64,000 nt of DNA from the human T2T-CHM13v2.0 reference genome, Homo sapiens, in the NCBI RefSeq assembly GCF_009914755.1, contig NC_060931.1; one strand, written 5' to 3'. This document shows positions 43,480 through 57,415 of this stretch, piece by piece. The translations under genes were made by a program, and so were the position numbers. The notes below the pieces were generated by a model. It was not told the DNA's origin and did no database searches. It was given only the letters and a program-made list of their open reading frames with translations. The number at the start of each line of letters is the position of its first letter. Positions within the stretch are counted from its first letter, which is position 1.

Positions 43480-44480
43480 CCAAAGGGACAGAAATTCAAC
43501 TCGAGGAAAACACATTCCACATGTTTGATGAAAAACACTGAATTTCGCTAGATTTCTGCATGATGAAGGGTGAGTGCATTTTAAAACAGACCATTATGGA
43601 AAAACATGAAACAAATATTTGAGACCAAGAAAAAAGAAACACTGCATTGAATACTATGAGGAAGAGTGAACCTCTGAAAGGAATCTTCTGTCTGAACAAG
43701 AGGGCATTTTTCAGAGAGTGCTTGGCCTTCTTAATTAGATGTAAAAAAAGATTATCCATGTGTATGAAACAGAAAGCTAAATAAGGAAAAGACAGGCTGA
43801 GATAAAAAGACAACATGATGATAACTATAAAGGGAGATGAAAAAGACAATAGAGGAAACCCAAAAAGACAATGAAAGAATTAAAATCCTCATTGTGGGCA
43901 GCAGGGAGTAGATTAGAGGCTGCAAGAAACAGAACCAATATATGAAGGGTAAACTAGAGAAACTACCCCCAGAATGCAGAGGCCCACAAAGAGATGAAAA
44001 TGAAAAAAGATATGAGAAGTCAGGAGGACAGGAAATTGACAATCACCTATAAACATTACAAGTGTCTTTGAGGTACAAAAAATTAAAACATTTTAATTAA
44101 TGATATAATTTTTAAAGACATTTCCTGAGGGAAAGAGGATGTTCCACTGTTCAGGATGAAGGAGTCTTCACTAGTCCAAAATCAATGAAAATAAGCCCAC
44201 GTCTACATATTTTTGGAAAAATATTTTAATTTCAATAACAAATTTTTAAAGTCCCACATATAGCTAAATTGCATGCAAAAGAGTAACACTTAAGCTGGCC
44301 TCAAGCAACTGTGCAATTCTGAGGACCAGAATACAAAATTCCACTACAAATTTCCAAGCAGGAAAAGGGTGATGGAAAATGCAGACAAAGTGTCTTTCAT
44401 GTGGGAAGACATTCCAGTTATGTAGCATCCACGTGTCCTTACAGAGCAAAATGATTGAAGGCATGCACTAACAAAGACAG
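43480..44480 (+). mobile_element. Ancient L1 ORF1-like / HAL1-like fragment
   Basis: A-rich strand bias with L1 ORF1-like layout (aaaac..ttcctga, aagcccac..ctacatat, gctggcctca); heavily diverged. Confidence 0.5.
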
Positions 44481-44580
44481 CAATCAAATTAGCAACCTTA
44501 AAGCATTTTCCTTCACTCAGTTGGGTGCAAGACTCAGGCAGTTATTTGGATTATGTGTTGCAGGCAGATTCTGCAAACTA

Positions 44581-44659
44581 TTTGGTTGATGCAAAAGTAA
44601 TTGTGGTTTTCATCATTACTTCAATGGCAAAAACTGCAATTAATTTTGCACCAATGTAA
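44581..44659. mobile_element. MADE1 (Mariner-derived MITE), complete
   Basis: tttggttgatgcaaaagtaattgtggtttt...aaaaactgcaattaattttgcaccaatgtaa; palindromic ~80 bp flanked by TA on both sides. Confidence 0.92.
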
Positions 44660-47600
44660 TAGCATTAACCTGGCCTGTTAAAGTTCCTGCTTCTTTCCAA
44701 TAATAGAAAATGTATTTCTAACTCCACATTCTTCCCTTCGTGTAGAGGGAAACCCCTTGCATTTCATGACCATGGGTTCCGTTCCATCACTTTCTAACAA
44801 TGACAAAATGTTTTACACAGTTGGAATACTCTGTCAAGAGAAGCGTTCAAATAAATGCTTAAATGCAGCTTTGTGTAGCAGCATAGATGATCAATGCTTA
44901 TCGTCCAAGAGCTGGAGTGATTTTGCATCTTTCAGAGTTATTTGTTTAATGAACTGAATCACTGGGCTTTCTAATTAATAAAGATCAGGAACGGATATCC
45001 TCATCATATAATCTTCCTGCCAGAAATTGTGAATTTCCTTCATTAAGTGTGCTTGAAAATCAAATACACAATATAATCTTGACTATGTTTAAAAATGGAT
45101 AGAAAAAAAGCTGTCAAGACATATGCCAATAAATTAGCAGTGATTATACATCAGTGATAAAAGATGGGAAATCTTTTGCTTCTTTTTTTACTTTCAGTAC
45201 ATTTTCTAAATGACATGCACAATGTACCTTTAGCTTTATAATCAAAAAGAAATAAGCTTTTAATAACTACTATTTGTAATGTATTTGTCATCTAATTATA
45301 ACTATGTGAAAAAATATGTAACTCAAAAGGATTAGCAATAAGTACACAAATGTGCTAACAGCAATGATATCTAGGTGGCAACATACAGGTTGAATTCGTT
45401 TTCTTCCTGCTACATTTCCATATTTCAAAATTCTCAATACTAGCAATAAATAACAGAAATTCAACATATGGATTTTTTTTTTCTTTTTCTATCCTGGTCA
45501 AGAGCATCAAGAATGAAGACGATGTGGGTGAGCTGCACTTTTCGGGGTCTTCAAATGGGTCCTGCACTAGCGGCAGGAAAGCCACAGGCCTTCCTTCCTC
45601 CACAAAGTCTGGATGGCTACTGATCCAATCAAGTGGCTCCCTCGCCCCGAGTCCTCCTTTGTGGTCAGGACAGTGTCCTAGGATCTCCTGGCAAACAATT
45701 TCACTGAGCGTCCTTGAAGAATCCACAAGCCATGAGTACCTTCCTCATAAGCCATAGACTCCCCGGGACCCGCTCCGCTCAGTTCTGGTGTGTGCCTCTC
45801 TCCTCCACCCAGGTCAGTAGGAGCTTGAGGAGGTGAGGGGGCCGGCCCTTGAGACCATCGCTGCAGTGTGTTTTCCTAAGCTAAGAAAAGCAGCCCCACT
45901 GACAGAAAGGTGAAATGTGAACTAAAAATAGAGTGGCGCTAGCCCAGGTCGTGGGGGTTGAGGCAGCAAACGGCAGACACAACAGAAGGGCTGGCTGAAC
46001 TGAGGACAGACGGCTCCTCCCGCCCCCACATCTGTCTCCACCAGACCCTGTCTTCTGTGGCTTCCACCAATGCTTGGGGCGGACCTCAGAGCCCAGCATT
46101 TCTCTCTGTTTGTTCCAGAGCGCTGCTGGCATCCCAAGACGATTCCAAAGGGTTGGTTCAAGAAAGAGAAGCCACTCCTTTCTGTGGCTCTTGCTGGCTT
46201 AGGGAAAAGTCATTCTTACCTGGAGAATTGAAGAAGCCCTTGCTAAAACAGAACATTACCAGGGCCGGAAATGTCCAGTGGAGTTCCAGAAAAATGCATT
46301 CCACAACTGAAATCCCAAATCTGCTCTTGCTGGCCCAGCGAGGCTTTCCAGGAAAGAAGTCCTATTGGGCTTTGCTTGTACTATAAGCAGCAGACAGAAT
46401 GGGAGCTAGTCTGGGATGAGACAGGCCACGCTTGAAAATTTCATTTTCTACATCTGTACACATGGGTGCGTTGCTACCACCGCATTGTAGCGCTGTGCCC
46501 GCTGCAGATGCCCGTGACTTGCTTCCTGTGAACAGCAAACACAAGTCACTGAAATTTCAAGATATAGCAGAAGGACCCAAATTATCCTTCGGGTGTTTGC
46601 TTTCTCTTTTAAAAAGTGTGCTACAGACTGATATCGATAAGCTAAAGATGCACATTGAAGCTCCTAAAAGAACTGCTTTTGGGGGTCTCAGCCAGAACCC
46701 CTGCAGCAAAGACAATTCTGTTTTGGGAGTTTCAATTGAACAGGTGTAGGTAGAGAGAAGGGACCCCAAGCAGATTATGAGGCCGCGCAGGACCAGCAAT
46801 GGCAGAAGCCATGGTCAGCCCCAGCTCTGAAGGAACAGGAAGAAAATGCTGTTACCCACAATTTGTTACTGGTAAGGAATAAGAAGCAAGTAGGATTTCA
46901 AACTATTCAAATGCATGCAGAGCACAGGCCCATCACCATCACACCATACCACAGGAAGGCTAATGTGAGCAGGTGGCACAGGCTGCCGTGGCAGGCCACT
47001 CAGCTCAAATCCCTGTCTGCCCATCAGTGGTCCATACTCCAGCCCTCTAGCTCTGTATAAAAGTATCTAAAAGAAGCAAATCTATACACCTTGTTAAATC
47101 CTATATTGTCCCCATATAAATTCAACTTTGTCTAACTCAGGCCGCACTGATTTTCAACCCTGACTCAACAGTTTGAACCCACTCTATAGCTTAGTGATCG
47201 CAGAACCATTGTGAATTCTCTAACACTTCTGGCCTCAGGCATTTTGGATAAGGGCTGCTGCTTAGATTTTCATCATAAATCCTGGGAATGACTGGCTCCC
47301 GCCCCACTGCTCACTCCTCTTCCCCTCCAAGTTTCCAATCAGATGGAAACAAAGGACCTGCTCTATGATTATGGGGCCAGGTTTTGATATCCCTAATCCA
47401 GAGCTCTTTGGAAAAAGCTGAATTAGAGCTTGACCCTGAGGCTTAGGCCATTCATTCAGTTCCTGTTCTCTTGTCTTCTGATCGAAGATGAGTGGGCTGC
47501 AGGGTGACCCCAGGTTGCCTTGGCCACCAAGTCATATGGTCAGCAGAGGAGGAAACACAGAAAGACAATGTGGGTGGTCCACCCAGGGAATGCAGTGGGC

Positions 47601-48014
47601 TTACTATTACTATACGGGACAGGACCTAGAAACTGTGGGAGCATGGTGCAGAGTGCTGACCCTTACAGCCACCAACCCCAACTTAAAGTCAATAAGAGCC
47701 TACTAGGAACTCAGGTCTGAGACAAATCAGGTTAACGTTTTTCCAGGAGATGCAGTTAGTATGGGGGTTAACACTGGGGTGAAATCTTGGTAAGACAGAA
47801 TTAAAGTTCCCTTTAGAACAGTTCCTTCCAGAGGCACCTTGCTTGAGCTGTTTAAAGACACACATTTAATTTCTCCAGCAGAAAATAAATTCATCAGGAG
47901 AAAAGAAAAGCCATGTTCAATGATGGACTACCCTTTTTCCAAGTCACCAAAGGAGATGGCCCACTTCTCAGTATAAAAATATACAATGTCTTACCTCCAA
48001 ATGGCCCTTTACAA

Positions 48015-48380
48015 TTTTTTAAAATCTTATCTTACTGTAGTAAGAACATTTAACATGAGATTTACCCCCTTAGCAAATCTGTGTTTTATATGGTGTCATT
48101 GACCATAGGCACAATGTCATGCAGCAGGTTTCGAGAATGGATTTATCTGCTTAACTAGAACTTGATGTCCATCAACTAGCAAACGCCCCATTTCCCCCTG
48201 CCCCCAGCCCCTGGCCACCACCATCCTACTTTCTGCATCTATGAGTTTGGCCACTTTAGATACCTCATAGAAGTGGAATCATGCAGCACTTGCCCCTCTG
48301 TGTCTGGCTTCTTTCACTTAGCATAATGTCCTCCAGGTTCATTCAAGTTGTTGCGTATTGCAGAATTTCCTTCTTTTTTA
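48015..48380 (-). mobile_element. L1MA/MB 3' end fragment
   Basis: gtaagaacatttaacatgagat...ttagatacctcat..aagtggaatcatgcag...tttcacttagcataatgtcctccaggttc. Confidence 0.88.
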
Positions 48381-49657
48381 TTAAAAGCACTTCCAGGGAG
48401 GTAATTTCCCACTGCACCTCTGACCACCTGCTGTGAAGTAGGCATGGCCACCAGTGGGGAGTAACGGAGAGGGGAGTGAAGGTCTGCTTTCCAGGCCCTC
48501 TAACCAGATGGCTGACCTCTGATCACCAGTTATGGTCTCTGAGCATCTGTTTCTTCTGTAAAATTAAGCGATTATATTAAATGCCACTAAGGTCTCTTCT
48601 GCCTTTGAGTGGTTACAATCCTGTGTGGATTAGATAATGCAGTGAACATGTGTCTAGGGGTGGTATCTATAGACATCCACATATGGATGTTTAAATGAAT
48701 ACATTTCCTCTCCAAGGTCTTTGACATTTGGGAAAAGAAGTTTGTTTAATGGTAGTTCCAACACTGAATTCCATAAGTAAAAAGCATTATTTTCAGCATC
48801 TTCCTCTGGTATGCTTTTTTGTTTTCCTTAGAAAATGCCATAATATAAATGTTAAGATCATTATAGAAAAGGAATCCTTCCTGACGAGCTTGGGATCCTA
48901 TAGTAATTATATTAACCCGGGCCTTTTATTGCTGGTTAATGAAATTCTTTTAAAATTGAACCAGCTTCAAGTAAACTGATTTGCATTGATTTGGTGATGT
49001 ATAGAGCTCAAGCCACTCTATGTATAAGCAAATTAAAAGCCTGAAGCCTGTATAGTCAGGCTGCATAGTCTCCGGCTGGAAAATTGATCCCATGATTCCC
49101 TCCAGGGACACTTTGCTTTGGGGTTGGTGCTGTTTAAAGGGACACAGTCAATTTCTTTGGCAGGAAATAAATTAATTAGGAGAAAAGAAAAATCTTGTTC
49201 GATGCTGGACTAAACCTTTTCCCAAGTCACCAAAGACAATTTTTCTAATGGAAAAATCATCTTGGATTCCTTCTAAGTCCATCTCACACCCCTGGAAATG
49301 ACAAAACAAAGGTGAAGCTTCTGTTGTAACTGAGCATCTTCCCAAGCTGCTCTCACTGCACATCCCACATGGCTCCTGGGTGGTTGGAGGTCTTGGGTAG
49401 GCTGGCCCTCCCCATCCATCCACCTGACGCACTGCAGCCTGGTGCTTTCTGTTCTCTCCTGCTTTCAGTGTCTCTTCTGCTCATGAGAATGGAGGGAGGA
49501 CGAAGCAGAGAGCCTCAAAGAAGCCAGGACCAGGAACTGAGGAAGTAAGAGTATCACAGGAAATGCTCATATCCTCTCTCCCTCCCCAGGAGCATGCTAC
49601 ATGCAGGAACAGGAAGGAGAATTAGATTCAGTCCCTGCCCATGAAAATCTTGTGGTC

Positions 49658-50002
49658 TGCTATGGACTGAATGTTTGTGTCACCCCAAAATGTGTATGTT
49701 GAAATCCTAGCCCCCAAAATGATGGTATTAGGAGGTGAGCCTTTTGGGAGGTGGTCAGGTCATGATGGAATGAGTGCCCTTAGGGAAGAGGCTCATGGGA
49801 GCCTGTTTGCCCCTTTTGCCCTGTGAGGTTGCAGTGAAAAGACGTCTGTCTATGGAGAAAGCAGGCCCTTGACAGACATGGAATCACCAGCACATTAATC
49901 TTGGATGTCCCAATCTCCAGAACTGTGAGAAATAAATTTCTGTTGTTTATAAGCCACCCAGTCTAAGGTATTTTGTTACAGCAGACCAAGCAGACTAAGG
50001 CA
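49658..50002 (+). mobile_element. MLT1A-like solo LTR
   Basis: tgctatggactgaatgtttgtgtc...ataagccacccagtcta.ggtattttgtta..gactaaggca; TSD tggtc/tagtc. Confidence 0.9.
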
Positions 50003-50076
50003 TAGTCCAACTTGGGAGACAGATACGTAATCAAAAATTACAATGTAGTGTAATGAGGGCCATAAGAGATACATGT

Positions 50077-50439
50077 TTTATTAGTCTGTTTTCATGCTGC
50101 TAATAAAAACATACCTGAGACTGGGTAATTAATAAAGGAAAGAGGTTTAATTGACTCACAGCTTCACTTGGCTAGGGAGGCCTCACAATCATGGCTGAAG
50201 GTGAACGAGGAGCAAAGTCACGTCTTACATGGTGGCAGGCAAGAGAGCTTGTGTAAGGGAACTCCCCTTTATAAAACTATCAGATCTCATGAGACTTATT
50301 CACTGTCACAAGAACAGCATAGGAAAGAGCCACCCATGTGATTCAATTACCTCCCACCGGGTCCCTCCCACGACACATGGGAATTACGGGGCTACAGTTC
50401 AAGATGAGATTTGGGTGGGGACACAGCCAAACCATATTA
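50077..50439 (-). mobile_element. THE1C-like solo LTR
   Basis: tattagtctgttttcatgctgct...ggacacagccaaaccatatta; TSD catgt/aatgt. Confidence 0.93.
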
Positions 50440-50830
50440 AATGTCCAGTGTTCCATAAGAGCAGAGGAGAGAGCCAGAAAAGTCAGGGAACAGGGAAGTT
50501 TCAGAGAGGAGGCTACCTGGGGCAGGAAGTTTGGAAGGAGGACCAGGAATCTTCTGGTAGAGAAGAGGCAGGAGGAGTGTGAGCCAAGGGACCAGCAGGA
50601 AGGTGAGACCAGGGACACGAGGAAAGGGCCTGCTTCTCCGAGCTGTGGCCTGTTTGTGGTGCAGAGGGGAAATATATGAGGGACAGAGGCAGCCAGGCAT
50701 GAAAGTATATGCACTCCCTCTAAGAGTTCGTTGAGCATTCTGACCAGTAATTGCCTCCTTGAAAGAGAACTCCATGGGTAGAAAGATTGGACAAAGGAAA
50801 GCCAGCAATAATTTTATTTATATAAATATT

Positions 50831-51140
50831 TGCTGGGTACAGTGGCTCACACCTGTAATGCCTCCAATTTGGGAGGCTGAGGCAGGAGATTGCTTGAGCC
50901 CAGAAGTTCAAGGCCAGCCTGGGCAACATAGTGAGACCTTCCTTCTCTAAAACAATTTTTTAAAAATTAGCCAGGCATGGTCATCCATGCCTGTAGTCCT
51001 GGTTACTCGGGAGGCTGAGGTGGGAGGATCACTTGAGCCCAGGGGGTCGAGGCTACAGTGAGCTATCATCATACCACTGCACTCCAGCCTGGGTGACAGA
51101 GCAAGACCAGGTCCCAAAAACAAACAAACAAATTAAATAA
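50831..51140 (+). mobile_element. AluJ-like
   Basis: Dimer with gcttgagcccag J-type motif; TSD ataaata. Confidence 0.95.
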
Positions 51141-52044
51141 ATACTAGCCTTTGTTTGTTGTGCATTTATTTACATGCCCATCTCATTCTAAAAAGCCTTT
51201 GGAGTTTCCAGCCATACCCCAGACAGGAAAGAATGGTGGCCTGAAATAAACCACAGCAGTGAAAATGAGGAGGAAAGGCTGGATTCAACAGACGTCTCCA
51301 AGGTGGGTTTAATGGAACTTGGCACCCCGAAGTACAGGGCAAAGGAGAGGAAGGAGTCAAGTCTGGCCCAGTGGCTGGGGACACCATGAACACCAAGAGA
51401 GGAAATATAGCAGTGGCACAGGACTTAGTGGATGAGAAATAATAAAATATACACACATACAAAGAACAATGAGCTACACCTGGCATATACCAAGTCTGAG
51501 GTTTCCACAGGTCAAGGTAGTCAGTGGGAAGGTGTGGCTGAGGAGACTCCTGGGTGTGGGGGAGTTTCTGCTCAGTGGGGCAATGGAAACCACGAATTAA
51601 CGGGCCCAGGAAGATCTAGAGAAAGAAAAGAGGAAGGCTTGGGCTGTGACTCTGTGAACTGTCAGGAGTTTTAGGGCAGACGAGAAGCTGAAGAAGACCC
51701 ACCCATGGAACCCAAGGTTGGAGGCGTCGGAGAACCCCTGAGAGAGAGGATTGATTGCCACAGAAGCCGCATAGGGAGTTTCCAGCAGGACTGGATGATC
51801 ACAGAGACCCAATAGGATCCAGACCCAACCTCGACCATTTGTGGTCACCACTGCCCATGGACAGAGCTGTTTCAGTGAAGCCATGGGTCAGAAGCCACAC
51901 AGGAGAGCATGGACAGGGGTGGGAGGTGAGGTGTTGCGGGCCACAGAGCAGGGCTGAGAGTCAAGGGGAGCTGCGGGCAGCACTCCAGGGGAGGTGGGGC
52001 CTGCTAAGGACATTTATAAAAGGCCATAGGTACAAAGGTTAGCA

Positions 52045-52190
52045 CAGAAAAATGATAAATGTTTGAGATTATGAATATGCTAATTACCCTGATTTGATCA
52101 CTATACATTATATGTATTGTAACATCACAATGTACTCCACTAAGGTGAACAATGATCATTTGTCCATTTCAAAAATGTTTAGAAAGAAAA
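52045..52190 (+). mobile_element. L1MA 3'-terminal fragment
   Basis: aaatgataaatgtttgag..atgctaattaccctgatttgatca..atacatt. Confidence 0.85.
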
Positions 52191-53070
52191 AGTTTTAAAT
52201 GTGTTTTCAGATTTCTAAATTCCAATCCCTGGGCTGCCAGGGACTAGGTGAGTTTCCTTGGGAAAGTCACCTATGTTTTCTCAGCAAGACTCCACATTAA
52301 CAGAGTGAGGGCAGTGCAGTACCTGCTTCCTTCGTTGTTCCAAGGGGTACATGAGACAACACACGGGAGTGCCTGTCTCTCAGGACGTGATGGACAAACG
52401 CCAGCCCTTGCTGCTATTACTAGGGAGAGGGCATTTAAGTATGTGTGCTGGTAAGGAGAACAAGTTCCAGATTTCACCCACAGACAGGGAGAAAATGATG
52501 GAAGATCTCAAAGGAGGTTGGACGGACTGGGGTCTGTAGTTTGGGTTTGGGAGTCTTAAAAAAGAGGGGGTGGCAGTTTTCAATGGGTGAAGGGAGTGAA
52601 TCTGCAGGAAAAAGAACATATTAGGGGAGTTCATGCCTGAAGGCTTTGTTCTCCCTGGTCAAGTCAATGCAGGCACATTTTGGACTTCAGAGCAAATTCA
52701 CCACTGGAGAACCTACGTGGCTGAAAAGCTGCCCCATGATGAGTCATGGGCCCCTCAGCCTACTATGGGGCTACCCCTGGCTCAGCTGCAGAAGAACCAG
52801 CTTGAGGCTTGCTCTAGAGTCCACAGCAGAAGTTAGAGCCTAAGCGCCCAGTCCACAGCTTTACAACCTTTTGATCTTCTCCTTTGTAAAGCTGCATTCA
52901 TTCATTCCCTAATTCACTCACTCATTCAGTAGACACTTACTGAGTGCCTGCTCTGTGCCCCACACTCAAGGAACAAAAGTGCTTTTAAGAAGCTCACAGA
53001 CTAGTAAGGAAGATTGACCTATGAACAAGTAATTAGTCCTGAAAACCTGTTTCTAAATTAACATACATAA

Positions 53071-53432
<362 letters not shown>

Positions 53433-54270
53433 TGAGAAGAGACTTTATGTAGACTTGGGGAAGGTCAGGCAGAAATCACAAGTTCAGCTTTTCTCTTGGT
53501 TCTAGCTGTTTGCAGCTAGTGAGTCAACAGTTTGATCTGTGGCCAGTAAGAGTAACAATAAGCATCAGTCCATGCACCAGCTAGCATAGGTTCAATTATG
53601 CTGTGGTAATAACTACCCCAAAATCTCAGTGATGTAACACACTAGATTATTTCTAAGTCAAAGTTGCTGTTTTCTCAAAGATCACACTTTTATGGACACT
53701 TTGTCCTTATTGACATGCCTAGATGAAAAGGACCAAGATGTGAAGGAGGAAAAGACATATTAGAAGTCAGCTGATACATAGGAAATACCTCCAAGTGATG
53801 AAAGACAGCATGAAATACAATTAAAGCGTCCTCAACATTTTCCTGTTAAAGCCAAAATGGGAGAGAATTGGCCTTATTTAATTGATTAGGACAAAGATAC
53901 ATAATTTATTGAAAAAGAATCATAGATTGAGCTTTCACTGTCACTTGTCATGATTCCTGAATTTAATACCTACTTTGTTCTCCATAGGATTAAAGAATGT
54001 TTTAAATTTTTATTCAATTTTCTTAGGGAATTGTAATTGTTATCTTGTTTATATAGTGGATTTCCATGGGATTACTCCCTGAAATTATTTGCATATGATT
54101 ATATAGGGAAATTTAACCAACTAACCATATTTTAATGATTATTGTTTTGTAATACATAATTACCTATTAAAATTTGGTGTAAAACATACAGTAAATCTTG
54201 AAATAAAAACTTGAATCAGTTAGTCTGATCTAAATTCAATTAATTAATATTTTTTCTTTTACTGCCATTA

Positions 54271-54581
<311 letters not shown>

Positions 54582-55210
54582 TTAAAAATGTGCATGCACA
54601 TATTAAAAGTTAATTTGACTTAGATTTAAAAGTTTATGTATTTATCATTTAAAATGTAAAAAACAAGGTTAGTCTGGCACATGCATCTGGCAGTTCCCTG
54701 TAAGCAGTGTCTCAAAGATGTCGGTGGTTTACATCTTGCGTTTCCACCATCTCAAAACATACTTCTACCATCCCTAAGGCAGGGGAAGAAGACAGCCAGG
54801 GGCTCTCTCAGGAGTTTCTTCTGACCTCAGCTTAGAAGTGTCACCTGTCACTTCCACTCACAGTTGAATGGTTGCAGCTAGACACAAGGCCTTGTCCGAC
54901 CTCAGAGGAGGCTGGGAAGTGTGGAGGATATTTGGCAAGCATAAATGTCTCTGTCACAGCCCTCTTCTCTCCTTCCAACCCTGCCAGGCAAAGCTTTATG
55001 CTGACCTTCCATGTTTAAGAAAACTCTCATCTTCTCCCTATAAATTCCCAGAGAAGTGCCCTGCTTAGGTTTATGCCCCACCAACTTTCTTTTGGCTTTA
55101 AACACATTGTCAAATTAATACATATAATTTGTATTAAAATCAGTGTTTGATCAGATATTGTATTATCATATAACATAGTATTAATGATACAGCATTATGG
55201 CATATATGTA

Positions 55211-55236
55211 TTAGGATGGTGCAAAAGTGATTGCAG
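55211..55236. mobile_element. MADE1/Mariner single TIR fragment
   Basis: TA followed by ttaggatggtgcaaaagtgattgc. Confidence 0.7.
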
Positions 55237-55865
55237 CCAATATTATTACATATGCTACAGTATTAAAAATTAATACTGAATGAATATAATTCAATTATTA
55301 ACATAAAATTTATATATAATTAAATAATTCATATATAATTAATATAAAAATTTAGACATACTATACTTTTGGAAAATATCTGTCCTAATCATAAATTATT
55401 GCATTATACATGGGGAAAGCTCAGAGCAGAATCACAGAATTGGACCTAGAACTAAACTAGTTAAACCCTATAACTAATAAATTAATTCATTCAGTCCCCT
55501 CTTTAACACTCGCTAACAAGGAATTCACTAACACCTGGTAAGATGGGATGTTAGAACTGGTGCGAACTCAGAGAAAATTTTGAAGACAAACAAATTCATT
55601 TTTTGGATGAGGAGTGAAAAATGAGAGAATTTACATGGCTTCCTGAGACCTTACATAGTCACTGAGGCAGGCTGGAGCCACTGTTTCCAGCTCCTAGGCC
55701 ACAGGGCTCCTCTCCAGCACCTGGAAAACCCTGCGTCAGAGCACACATGGTGAAAAAGGACGGCGAAATTCTCCATGCAAAGAGTGTTTTGAGTCTTGTA
55801 TTTATATTCTACTCCAGGATGTGTCTATTTTCTTTTAATAGAAAATGTATTAAATCAGTTAAATT

Positions 55866-56184
55866 GGTCAGGCATGGTGGCTCACACCTGTAATCCCAGT
55901 GCTTTGGGAGGCCAAGGTAAGAGAATCACTTGAGGCCAGAAGTTCAAGACTAGCCTGGGCGACATAGCAAGACTCCCAAAACTACAAAAAAAAAAACAAA
56001 AAAAAAAAACTAAACTAAACATTAGCCAGGCAGAGTGGTTCATGCCTGTAGTCCCAGCGGCTCTGTGGCAGAGGCAGGAGGATCACTAGAGCCCAGGCAC
56101 TGGAGATTATGGTGAGCTATGATCATGCTGCTGCACTCTAGCCTGGGTGACACAGTGAGACCCCATCTGGAAAAAAAAAAAAAA
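55866..56184 (+). mobile_element. AluJ-like
   Basis: Dimer with expanded A-rich linker and polyA. Confidence 0.94.
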
Positions 56185-56349
56185 ATTAATGATCTAAGAA
56201 GAGCTGCATGCTATTAACTTCATGGCTGCTGGTGGCCCTAGCCCACCTATGTACTATGCACCAATAGTACTCCTGCCCTCCTTGGAGAAGAAAATGTTAA
56301 TCTCTGAATTAAAGCATTCCTCAGATTAATCCAACAAATGTTACTTTAT

Positions 56350-56590
56350 GTACTCAACAAATGCTTCTTGAGTACCTACTGTGTGCCAGCTGCTGCCCTG
56401 AGCACTTACTGTCTATTATATTATCTTATTCAGCAACCCTGTACAGCAACCTGTACAGCAACCCTGTGAGGTATTATTTTCCCCATTTACAGATAAGGAA
56501 ACATGTTTAAAGAAGTCAAACAAGTTGCCCCCAGGAAATGGGTGAGGACTGGAATTTGAATCCAGGTCTGGATTTACAACCCCTATCTGA
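56350..56590. mobile_element. MIR with short tandem expansion (cagcaaccctgta)x~3
   Basis: ttgagtacctactgtgtgcca...caaccctgtgaggt..ccccatttacagataaggaaac; repeat at 56431-56467. Confidence 0.8.
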
Positions 56591-56761
56591 GTCAAAACTC
56601 ACTTGTTTGCAAGTAACATAGATCCAAAAAAACTCAGCTCCTGTAACTGGGGGAGTTAAAGCTAGCCCCAGTGACACATCACCATGTTTTGACTCAGCTT
56701 CCCTCTGACCTCTCTGGCTGCTGATGGCTCCCTTTGTACGGTGGGGACAATGGAGAAGGGG

Positions 56762-57415
56762 TTATGGGGGCCAAGGGAAATTCTCTCCCTTTGCATTCTG
56801 AACGTTCCCTGAAAATCACTAACAAGAGGCAAATTAACAGGAGAAAAGGAATACAGATTTACTTGGTCTTAGTTTTACATAACATGGGAGCCTTCAGAAT
56901 GAAGACTCAAAGATACAGGGGAAATGGTCCATTTTTATGCTTAGGTTCAACAAAGTATGGACAGATGTGTGGAAATATGATTGGACAGAAAGGGTAGATT
57001 CAATGTGAATAGACAGAGCCAGGAAACCCACAAGGCCTGCCTGTCTAGATTCCTCCTGGCCTCTCTGAGCACACATTCCCTCCTTCTGGATGTGGGGCAG
57101 GAACCTCTCTGGAATGGGGTCTTATGACCTACACTCAAACAAGGTAGATGAGATAATTTCTTTATGGCCAGTTTTGCACAGAAAAGCAGGGGAAAGTTAG
57201 AGTAATACTTTTAGGTTTTGTGCCTGGCTTTGGGGCAAAGGAGTTCTGGTTTCTATGACCCGCCCTGGGGAAGAGGGATTCTAGTTTCTATGACTGTCCT
57301 TGAGAAACAATGAAACTAACAGACAAGGCAGCACGAGATGGTCAGAGAAAAACTCTTGCTTCGGAGGCTGCTGCTGAAGCCTTTATTTTGAGGTATTGTT
57401 TTCTGAGTCCCAACA
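56762..57415 (-). mobile_element. ERV1-class solo LTR (MER39/LTR29-like)
   Basis: Minus strand begins TGTTGGGACTCAGAAAACAATACCTCAAAAT; ~650 bp; possible 4-bp TSD gggg. Confidence 0.75.

Noticed and set aside
45355-45726. 123-aa minus-strand ORF ending near an A-run (possible processed pseudogene)
   Set aside because: No recognisable parent protein, no TSD, and the ORF runs on into L1-like sequence
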